Shown here: positions 33,730 to 43,525 of the stretch, in pieces
How the letters are laid out: each line of letters opens with the position of its first letter
How positions within the stretch are numbered: the stretch's first letter is position 1
DNA from: Thraustochytrium aureum
Lineage: Eukaryota
Direction of reading: 5' to 3'
NCBI GenBank assembly: GCA_012862495.1
Contig: BLSG01000257.1
Span: 115,577 to 159,101 of the forward strand
Length of the DNA: 43,525 bases
Program-made: the position numbers and the translations under genes
The notes under the pieces: model-generated
Databases searched by the model: none
What the model was told of the DNA's origin: nothing
Seen by the model: the letters and a program-made list of their open reading frames with translations, nothing else

Positions 33730-35687
33730 CGTTCCTTAGTCGTCGCCGCGCCGAAGCGGGCCGCAGCTACCTCCGCCGCCAAGTCTTCGCGGCCGTGCTC
33801 GCGAAACCCCTTGCAGCTGCGCCCTGGCCTGCTCAATCGCTGCGCTCTGCTTGGTCGGCTCCAACTTTCTTTCGCGTACCCGCGTGGCCGCGGGGCTTCG
33901 TGCTGTATCGCAAGTGCCGTCTCGTCGCCCCGGCGAGCGCGAAGCGGACGGCTGCGCAGGTCCCCGACCGCCTTCCCCACCCCCCGCCGCGCGCGCCTCG
34001 AGAGGTGCTGTGCTGCACGAGCGCGCCGCCGGACGCGTTCAACTAGCTTTGCGCAGCTTTCGCTCCGCTGCGCAGCTGCTTTCGTGCATGCACATGCCTC
34101 GCAGAGAGTCATGATAGCCAACCCACGCCAGCTTGAGAGGGAGGTTATTCAAGCCAACGCCTAGAAATTGCGAAGGAAAAGCGGTTACGGCAGCCGGTCC
34201 TCACAGGCCGCGGCTTGAAATTGCACCCAGAGCGAGCTCGCGCCGAAGAAGCCTGCCTCTCTCTTGCACTCTGCCGGCTCCTTGCGTGGACTGCCCATCC
34301 TCCGCTCTGCCTTGGTGTAGGGGAACGCACCAAACGGACAAATGATCCGGTGACGTCGAAATTGTAGTCGACCAACCGGTTTATCTAATAGATCTTACGA
34401 GCTATTCAAAGCTACATTGTACTGCCGAAACGTTTCGCTGTATATCTATGTGCCCCACCCCCCAGGCGGTGTCCCGCGACGCGGAGGTGGGCAGGTTTAT
34501 GCTCCAGCGTGTCGCTGCTTTAGTGCCTTCGCTACGCCTCTCGATGGTGGGCGAACCGAAGCGTGAAGGTCCGTGGACGAAATTCTCAACAATTTCAGCA
34601 TCTCGCGGCGTGTCGTTGAACGCGGAGATGAAAACCAAACTCTAAGGCGAGGTCGAGGCTCAGGATTTCTTCTGCTGCGAGAGCTGCTTTCGCTGCGCAA
34701 TAGCGCAACGGCACATAATTCGACCCGACTCCCATCACCCGCGGCCAACGAGGAAATTGTGGGGGCGCAGGTCTGTACAATGACCATCGATGTTCTGCTG
34801 TGGTGTGAGCCGCTTCCACGTGAAGTGCGATTCAAACCAAACGCCGTGCTGACGCGCGGCGCGTGAGATGCACTTTTTGACGTAGGCCTACTCCATGCGG
34901 TTGGGTTGTTAGTTCTTGTTACTCTACGCTACGAATTGAAAGTGATTCCGCTCGACTCGACTCATCAGCGTAGGCGCAAGATGCCCCAGAGCCGTTGACA
35001 ACAGCCTTTGCTGGGCTCCTGCTTGCTACGCATTCGCGTTGTCAGTCGTAGACGCATCGGTGGGTAGTTTGTGCAAATGCTCGATGCTGGTGCGAGAAAG
35101 AGCCGCGAGAGCAAGGGGACAGTTGGCGGCGCTTTCGCGTTGGCGTTATTTCTGGAGCCAGGGCTGGGAAGAAAGATGGATTTTTTTGCACGATGCATCA
35201 TGCCACACGCCGCGCCGCGCCGTCCTGCTCATAGCGCCGCCAACCCGTCGTGCAGGCCAAAGATACCGAACCTTCAGAAAGCACGGCTCGGAGCGCCGTG
35301 GTTTCTTGCAACTGTCACAGCATCTATTTCCTGGAGACGCCCCGAACCAGTCCCACGTGAGCTCTAGGCCTGCACCGAACCTCAGGTACCCAGATGGCGC
35401 AGACTGTGAAGGATGACAGCCTGTGCGCTGCTGGCATGAGCAACCTCCGCCAACACGGTGGCTTGCTCGGTCCTACGTATACCCCTTAGACAAACCGGTG
35501 TAAAATTGAAATCCAATACCTTTTATTTAAAATTCGCCGACTGTACGGTAGCACTCCCAATCGTGCGTGCTTGCCAACGCGCACTCGTGCGACGCAAGTC
35601 CACATTGCCGTAAGGCTTGGCGGTGCAGAGCAGGGATCGCTCGCTGGCAGGGTTCGGCGTACGCGCTCGCGCAGCGAAGCAAGAGCG

Positions 35688-36200
35688 ATGGCAACGCGAG
35701 GGCTGCTTCCAGGTGACGGACCCACGGACGACCGTCGCGAACACCACCTCGAGATCCAAATGTACTACGAAGACACCGACTTTTCCGGCGCCGTGTACCA
35801 TGGCAACTACCTTCGGTACTTTGAACGCGCTAGAGACTCGATGCTGGGCATCGACGCGCTGCGCGAGCTGCACGAACAGGGCGTCTCGACCCAAGTGTAC
35901 AAGGTCGCCAACCTCGACTTTTCTGGGGCTGCTCGGCACAATGACATTCTTGTGGTCACGACTTCGGCGCATATCGAGAGCGACTACCGCATCGTATTCA
36001 GACAGCGAGCGGCCGTCAAAAGCACCGCCGCTCCTGCAAGCGGCTCCGAACAGCAAAGGCGAAGGGAAGGCGATGTGGCGGGTACGACGCAGGTGGTTTT
36101 CATTGAAACGGGCTCAAGAAAGCTCCGACCGATTCCAGAATCACTCGTCGCGGCCCTACAGCAGTACAGCGCATCAGCTTCCGGCCCGAACGAGGGCTAG
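35688..36200 (+). CDS. YbgC/4HBT-family hot-dog acyl-CoA thioesterase
   Basis: Signature YYEDTDFSGAVYHGNYLRYFERAR and C-terminal RPIPESL; intronless. Confidence 0.88.
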   Translation: MATRGLLPGDGPTDDRREHHLEIQMYYEDTDFSGAVYHGNYLRYFERARDSMLGIDALRELHEQGVSTQVYKVANLDFSGAARHNDILVVTTSAHIESDYRIVFRQRAAVKSTAAPASGSEQQRRREGDVAGTTQVVFIETGSRKLRPIPESLVAALQQYSASASGPNEG

Positions 36201-36510
36201 CCGCCGTGCTGCATGGCTCCGCAAAAGTGAAACGAGCCGTTTTCGTTTGATGTGTTCCTGCTTGACGCGGTAAGAGGCGACGTTGAAAACGAACCGTTCC
36301 GCTGCCGATGCAGCTTCGCAGCTCGCCCTCCAGGGCCGCTCAGGTCCTTCCCGCAGCCAGGCAGCGCAGCAAGCCACGCCCGAGCGGTCGATATTGAGAT
36401 CAACGCTGCGACAAATATGACCAGTGTCCGACCACTACGGTCGCTGCGCAGCGCTGCTCCTCAGTTTCCGGGGCGGGCGGGCGGCTGCTGGCTCTGGTGT
36501 GGCGCGCGCG

Positions 36511-36991
36511 ATGTCGAACGCTGTGCTAAGCGCGTTGGACGCCGAGCTAGCGGCTGTCGAGCAGCGCGCCAAGACCTTCTTCAATGCTCTGTGAGTTTGT
36601 TTTGCTGGGGCATTGAACGGTTGGTTGGGTTGGTGTGAGGTGACCGCGTCGTACCGTTTGCACGCCGCGGGCGCTGAAGACCAAGACATTGCGCGCTGAC
36701 AGCTGAGCGCTGCACGGCTCGGCGGGTTGGTGGACCAGTGATGCGTCTGCGACCAACGCATCGCAGCTCGGCAAGGAGCTGCTGGAGGAGATTGAAAGGC
36801 TTGACGAACAACTACGCGTTTCTGGTGCGCAGGGCCTGAGTCTCCTCGTCGGCAGCAAAGACATCGCCAACGACGCGGCAGTGCGCGACTGCCTGAAGAC
36901 GCTCGACGAATCGCTGCGCGGCAAAGAGGCAGCGCGGGCCACGCTGCACTCGACGCTCGATATGGTCGTGTCGCTCATGAAGGCAAATTAG
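36511..36991 (+). CDS. Two-exon small coiled-coil hypothetical protein (~110 aa), absent from the ORF track
   Basis: Exon 36511-36590, intron GTGAGT...GCTGAC...CCAG at 36591-36738, exon 36739-36991. Translates as MSNAVLSALDAELAAVEQRAKTFFNALDASATNASQLGKELLEEIERLDEQLR...MVVSLMKAN*. Confidence 0.6.
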
Positions 36992-37406
36992 CACGCTACT
37001 TGCGGCGCGGACGCAAGAATGGAACGACCGTCTCAGCCGCCATCTCAAGTAGGCTTGAGGCGACAAGAGCGTGACAGATTTGTTTGTTACTTGACTTCTC
37101 AATGACGAAACTGCCCAGTTGGACGTGTTTCCGCCGCGATGCGAAAAAGGCCTGCAACTGAGCAGAGCGGGGCAAACCCTGGGACGGCATCTGTCCTCCA
37201 TTCACATCTCACGCCACATAACCTCGGCTCAAGCCCAAAGCAGCTCCCGATTCCTACTCGACCCACGCTCATTTGCCATCCTCGCCGCCGTGCCCGCACG
37301 TTCGCTGAGGGTTACTTTGACCATCGATCTTGATCTCGTCTAGCTGAGATAGAATGGCCCGGCTTCCTCTGTTGCTTACCACTTTGCGCCGCGATCTGCT
37401 CAAGGT

Positions 37407-38140
37407 TTACGCCGCGATCTGCTCAAGGGCGCCTTGGCGAATCAGGTGCTCAACGTCAGCGCGCCGCAAAAAGTGTGTCGTGTTGCGTTCCAAACGAACC
37501 GGCCCGCTCTCTGTCAGGATTTCTCCGCAGTCCTGTAGGACGCGCACTTCGATGAAAAGCTTTTTCGGCGGTTGTTGGTCCTGCGGCGATCGCGCACGTT
37601 AGAAGGTGCCTCTCGCCGTGGCACTCCGTTTCCCCGTTTCAAACGTACCGCTGTGAGGTCCAAGTCCATCGACCTCATGTAGGCGCCTAGAATGCCGTCA
37701 TAGCCCTCAAAGTACTGCCGCTCGTCTGCGCTGAGCTTGCGGTCGAACTCTGCTGGAGGCGCGCTGCCAGCTTGCCAGCGCAGCTCCACGAGCTTTTCGG
37801 TGCGGTACTGCAGATAGGCGAGAAGACACCGCTTGTTTCGGATTGCGCTCGTGTGGAACACCATAAGTGGGCAGGCCACCGCGGGGTCAGAGGGCTCCCC
37901 TTGGGTTGCGACAGCATCGCGGATTTGTTTGTACAGTGCGTTGACTTCCTCAATGATCTGTCGAACCAAATCATCCTGCACAACCCCCAGCGAGCGTCAG
38001 CGGACCACGTCGCTGCCTCGCTACGGCAGGCGCGCCAAGTGTCGCGCCACACTTACATTGAAAGCTGGAAGCCATTCGCTGCGCTTGAGCTCCTGGAGAA
38101 GCTCCTTGGCGCGTTGGCCAAAAGGCAACGTGGACGTCAT
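37407..38140 (-). CDS. PSF1: GINS complex subunit Psf1 (three exons)
   Basis: Exons 38140-38057, 37975-37649 and 37580-37407 with canonical phase-0 introns. Motifs LPAFN-DDLVRQIIEE, RNKRCLLAY, LRW, PPKKLFIEVRVLQDCGEI and HLIRQGALE. Confidence 0.95.
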
Positions 38141-40358
38141 CTCGGCCTCCACCGACACCCAATCCGAGGAAGCTGCGAGCACGGTTCGCAAGCTAAGCTT
38201 GCTTCAACGCAGGTACGCTGCCGTCCCCGCTCGTCGCGCAGCGGCGCACAGCTCCTCCGCGGCGCGCCCAGCTGAGGAGTCTGTTGCGTCAGCCTCAAAC
38301 TTCATCGAGTGCCCTGACCAATTCAAAAACCTAAAACCTAACTCAAAGTGAACAAACCTATCCCAACGGATTTGTTCCGTTTGGCATGCTGCTCGACGGT
38401 ACTCTCTACTAGAGTAGAGTGGTACGTATCAAGTAAGTGACGTCCACCGACGGCGCCAAGGTCGGCGATGAGGTCTTGCCTTATTCCAATGGGCGCTTGG
38501 AAAGGCCGACTCTCTCTTCTCAGAAATGACCAGCTTCTCGCAGCCCGATCCTGTCACGGGTCGATGTCTTGTGCGTTGTGTATGCCCGAGACTTTGAGCC
38601 CTCGAGCTTCCCGGCTTTAAGCTCTGAGACAGCCCTGCAACCGACTCCTTACTACACCGCGAAGAAGAGCTGGATCTGCGCAGAAAAACAGAAAACTGTC
38701 AGCCCCGTCCAAATGTACACCGCGCTCTACTAGCTAGCTAAAAGCAGCAACAGCTGTTGTACAACTGGCGTTTTGGGGGGTTTCCCGAAAGAGCCTCGAG
38801 GTTTAGCGCCTTGCTGAGCGCCACCAGGCTTTGAGCGTTGAAGCGTTTTACTGTTAAGGCCGACGTGGCATGTTGTAGAGTAACGACTCTGCGGACGGGA
38901 CGACCCCAGTCGATTGCCGATGCCTAACCTTAGCTTTGCTCCGCTGAGTGAGTGAGTCCACGATCGGGGCAATCTGGAAGTGCGCTCAAGCAAGCCTGGT
39001 TTCATTGTGACGAGCTCCGGCAATTGCTTCTTGCTTTGCTTGACCATCTTTGGTTGTCCGTTCGCGTGGCTGACGAAGATCGTCCGAAAACTGACCAACT
39101 CGCTCTGAAAAGAATCGCCCCAAGCCATCTCCACGCCACGAAAACCAATCAACCGAGCTACCGAACCCTGCCAGTGTGCTCGACGTGGGTCTTCCTTTTT
39201 CTCGTTCTTTCCTTTTCCTCTTTCTCTAGTCATCGGTTGCCAACCGACCCAACCGACCGAGTCAGTTTCACTGTGAAATAACAGAGGGCACCTGGCCGGA
39301 ATAGGCACAGCGAGGGTTTCTGCGACTCGTCGCCGTGAGGCGGTCTAGCTAGCTAGGCGTCTCACTTCGACTTTTTTTGAGGTGCATGGTTGTTATCGGC
39401 GGACTTTACCGTTGGACGCTCAGGTACGAGAAAATTTTGCATTGTGTGTTGACGTGTTGGGCGAGCCGCGCCAAACTGCGATGGCTCGTTCAGAAGTGAG
39501 TACGTTTTCCTTGCGAGAAAGCAGATGCCAGTCCACACAACCTGATTTGAAGTGCATGCCTCGGCTTCGAAACCTTCCCTCCGATGAATGTAAGCCCAAG
39601 CTCCAAACCCCTCTCAAAACGGATATATCTACTCTACCGATTGGCTGTGCCACGCAGAGCAATGGTTGACCGGCCAAAGGGGCGGCAGGCTTCTTCTTCG
39701 CATCGAACGTGGTGTTTGATANNNNNNNNNNNNNNNNNNNNNNNNNNNNNNNNNNNNNNNNNNNNNNNNNNNNNNNNNNNNNNNNNNNNNNNNNNNNNNN
39801 NNNNNNNNNNNNNNNNNNNNNNNNNNNNNNNNNNNNNNNNNNNNNNNNNNNNNNNNNNNNNNNNNNNNNNNNNNNNNNNNNNNNNNNNNNNNNNNNNNNN
39901 NNNNNNNNNNNNNNNNNNNNNNNNNNNNNNNNNNNNNNNNNNNNNNNNNNNNNNNNNNNNNNNNNNNNNNNNNNNNNNNNNNNNNNNNNNNNNNNNNNNN
40001 NNNNNNNNNNNNNNNNNNNNNNNNNNNNNNNNNNNNNNNNNNNNNNNNNNNNNNNNNNNNNNNNNNNNNNNNNNNNNNNNNNNNNNNNNNNNNNNNNNNN
40101 NNNNNNNNNNNNNNNNNNNNNNNNNNNNNNNNNNNNNNNNNNNNNNNNNNNNNNNNNNNNNNNNNNNNNNNNNNNNNNNNNNNNNNNNNNNNNNNNNNNN
40201 NNNNNNNNNNNNNNNNNNNNNNNNNNNNNNNNNNNNNNNNNNNNNNNNNNNNNNNNNNNNNNNNNNNNNNNNNNNNNNNNNNNNNNNNNNNNNNNNNNNN
40301 NNNNNNNNNNNNNNNNNNNNNNNNNNNNNNNNNNNNNNNNNNNNNNNNNNNNNNNNNN

Positions 40359-43300
40359 CTCGATCGCGTGCTACGAGGACTTCTCTTGCAGCCCGAGGCC
40401 GATGCCGACGTCTCCATCGCGTATGACCTCCGCAACCACGCCATCCTCCGAGACCTCGCCGCGTACGACATTCAGCGTGGGCGTGACCGTGGGCTTGCCT
40501 CTTTCAACGACGTTCGCGAACAGCTTAACATGACACGCTTCACCTCATGGAGCGACCTCACGCCTGAAGTTGAGGTCCAGGAACTGCTGGCATCGGTCTA
40601 CGCCAGCGTGGACGAGCTGGACGCGTACGTAGGCGGTTTGGCCGAGCGCCCTGTGCTCAGTGGAATCGTGCCGCCCACCTTCAACCGACTTATCGAGCTG
40701 CAGTTCGATCGCCTCCGTGCCGCGGATAGGTTCCACTACGAGAATCCGGGCATTCTCGACGCCGAGACGCTTGCCGTCGTGGAGAACCGGTCGCTTTCTG
40801 ACATGGTGCTTGACCACACGGGGATCGAAACGATTGCAGAGGACATGTTCCTCCTTCAAGACATTCTCTCCAGAAGCGAGTGCGACGATACCGAGGTCCA
40901 GCCTGCCAGCACGTTTTCGCCCCTCACCGGGTACACGTTCGCCTGGAATCTCAACATGGAAAGCCGCACCATCAACATCCAGATAAGCGTCCCAACCACA
41001 GAGTACGGATGGGTCGCCATCGGATTCAACACGACAATGATGATTGGCGCCGACGTGGTGATGGGATACATCGACGAAGCCGGCTCCACCCTTGTTGTGC
41101 AAGACATGAAGATCACAGAGGAGGACCAAGTTCCAGTCAGCGACAGCAGCCTCGGAGCTGCGTCAAACATCGAGAGCGGTTTCACTGGCGGCTATGAAGG
41201 CGGCGTGCTGTGGGTAAACTTTACGCGCAAGTTTGATACTGGCGACTCTGCTGGCGATGCGGCTCTCCCGATCCCAGAGTCGATCGAGGACCTCGCCGAA
41301 CTCAAGGTGAACTTTATCTTTGCGTATGGGACGAAACTGAACGGGTACCATGGGCGCTCTAGACGAGCCGCCGTGGCGGTCGACCTGATCGGCGGCAGAG
41401 CTACCGACTCAGGCGGGAGCGGTTACAACGCGACGGTGCTCTACGGTGTGCACGGCATTGTCATGGTGCTCATGTGGATGGTCTTCATCCCGCTCAGCAC
41501 CTTCGTGGCGCACTTTTTCAGAACGTGGAAGTACGCCATGGAATTGCACCAGACCTTGGCTCAGGCTGGATCGATCGGGATTATCTCGTTCGCCGCCAGC
41601 GCGCTGGCGGCGAACGATCGCATCTTTGACAGCCCGCATGCACTCTTGGGGCTTCTTGTGGTCGTGTGGTTGGTGTTTCAGATCTGGCTAGGGTGGTACC
41701 TCCGCCTCGGGTTGCAGAACAGCTCGGACTTGGACCGAATCATGCTCTTCAAGAAGACGCACAGGCGCAGCGGGTGGGCGCTGCTCTTGCTCGCGATCGC
41801 GAACTGCTACTTGGGCGTGAACAAGCTCTTTGACGAAGACAACCTTGCGCCGCGGGCCATCTACTTTTCCTATGTTGGGCTCATGGCGGGCACCTTCGCG
41901 GTGCTCGATCATCAGCGCCGCAGACGAAAGACAAGGCGCGTCTCCAGCGACGAAAGACGCGAGCGGCCAAGCTTGGCGCCTCTGGAACTGGTAGTCGTGT
42001 GGCTGCTGCTGGCTCGCGCAGGGTAAGCAGCATACTTGACAGCACGGAGCTTGACGCCGACAAAGAGATCATGCTTCCCGGTTGGACGTGGAAAGAGTTC
42101 AACGAGAAGGTTTCAAGTGGCCAAATGCTCTTGGTGATTCAGGGCCAGGTCATGGACGTGCGAAACTACGCCATCAAGCACCCTGCCGGAGCCAAAATCA
42201 TCGAGAGCTTTGTCGGGACTGACGCCACTGCGGCGTTTCTTGGAAGGGACACGGACGCAAAGGCCAAGCACGCTCACTCCATTGACGCTCGCGATCTGCT
42301 CCGGACGATGGTGAAAGCGAAAATCCTTGACTACACGGTGTCCATGACAAAGCTCAACACCACGGATATCAACAGCAAGACTGAAAAGGTGCTGGAGCAC
42401 ATTACCCACCGATTCGTCAGCCTCCCTGTTGTGAGTACACGAGAGCTGAACAATGCCGCGGACAAGGTCTTTGAGATCCGCGTCGCGACCGACCCGACCA
42501 CGGTCGAAAAGTGGATCAAGCGCACGAGCGGAGGAGTTCTCGGAGATGCCGGGCGGCGCGAGCTTCAGACGATCGCCTCGCTCAAGTTTGGCCAGCACGT
42601 CAAGCTTTTGCACGTTATTGACGGCGTCCCAGTCACGCGGCTCTACACGCCGACCGATACAGTGTTTGACGGGTTCATCAACTTTGTGATCAAGACGTAC
42701 GAGAAGGGCGAGATGACGCCGGCGCTTCGCAAGCTGTACCTCGGCCAGTCGCTCCGCATCCACGGCCCATTTGGGCCGGATCTGTACTGCAAGCACGGCA
42801 CTTTGCCGGAGGGCTGCTGGGATAATGTCATCTTCTTCGCTGGCGGGTCTGGCTTGACGCCGGCGCTCGCCACAATCGAGCATCATCTGCGCCACGCGGG
42901 TGGGAAGACCAAGATCTGGCTCTTCTTCAGCAACACGGAGGAAGCCGACTTTTACTACATGGACGAGCTACGCGACCTGGAGGCGCGCGCTGCAGGCGCG
43001 CTCAAGATCACATACTGCGTCACCAAGCCGAAGGGGGTGCCCATCCCGACCGCGAAGGACATCAAGTACGAAACAGGTTACCTGGACGCGGCGATGTTTC
43101 AGCGCCTAGGCTGTCCGAAGCCGCCAGCCCTGCCTCCTGGTGGCGTCCACCGCACGAGCTCGGTAATGTCTGATGAGAGCTCGACCTCGAAGCCTTCTGC
43201 TGGTTCTGCTCCGACTTCTGCGCATGATACCGATGAGGCCGCTGGGGCAGAGCCCTGCGATCCGACTGCAGCAGAGCCCCGCGAGCCGACGATGGCACTC

Positions 43301-43387
43301 ATCGCAAGCGGGCCCCTTTCCTTTTGCCGAGCCTGCGACGCCGTCACATCCAAGCTTGGCTACCCGAGGGTCCGCAAGCTCTGCTGA
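40359..43387 (+). CDS. Multidomain oxidoreductase: animal-type heme peroxidase (C-terminal part) - DOMON - cytochrome b561 - cytochrome b5 - FAD/NAD(P)H cytochrome b5 reductase; 5' end in gap
   Basis: Peroxidase: DIQRGRDRGLASFN, DAYVGGLAE, QFDRLRAADRFHYEN. DOMON: GWVAIGFNTTMMIGADVVMG...GYHG. b561: four His (VHGIVM, ELHQT, SPHALLG, KTHRRSG). b5: HPAG...HAHS. Reductase: RLYTP, HGPFG, AGGSGLTP, SGP. ORFs 40368..42026 and 41999..43387 join if one A is missing at 41953-41955. Confidence 0.85.
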
Positions 43388-43525
43388 GCGCGTAAATTAC
43401 CGTTTCAATCCTTCTTGTCAACAACACAACAACAAAAGAAAAGAAAAGAACGTTTTCTGCATCGCAGAATCGCAGATTCTTTGCGCGAAGCCGTCGACAT
43501 GACCGCAGCCGCAGCGCGACGTGCG

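Noticed and set aside
34100..35500. Short ORFs between cytochrome b5 and the thioesterase
   Set aside because: No recognisable motifs or consistent splice model.
38350..39721. Possible N-terminal exons of the peroxidase fusion or ORF 38730..39308
   Set aside because: No peroxidase motifs or signal peptide were recognised in the translations examined; probably intergenic or promoter DNA.
41950..42026. Programmed ribosomal frameshift joining the b561 and b5-reductase halves
   Set aside because: There is no X XXY YYZ slippery heptamer, and the same error class occurs in housekeeping genes in this window.

Overview
GC-rich, gene-dense eukaryotic scaffold with many N gaps. Short GT-AG introns carry GCTGAC-type branch points, and the gene content suggests a stramenopile protist, probably thraustochytrid-like (inference). 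The assembly is 454-type: a Titanium loxP paired-end linker remnant sits at ~6360-6406, and single-base homopolymer frameshifts split most long genes. About 19 protein genes are recognisable, including a GT41/SPINDLY-like TPR glycosyltransferase with a signal peptide, a double HVA22/REEP protein, an AP2-like + TAF1A-like protein, a bZIP/DOG1-type factor C-terminus, a class C (GABA-B-like) GPCR, aspartoacylase, an ML-domain cathepsin L, alanine aminotransferase, a CaaX-terminated cytochrome b5, a YbgC-like thioesterase and GINS Psf1. The most striking element is at 40359-43387: one apparent polypeptide joining an animal-type heme peroxidase domain, DOMON, cytochrome b561, cytochrome b5 and NAD(P)H-cytochrome b5 reductase modules. 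This would be a self-contained trans-membrane electron wire analogous to, but built differently from, DUOX. A clustered CCTCACA/TGTGAGG motif in two upstream regions is a candidate cis-regulatory element.
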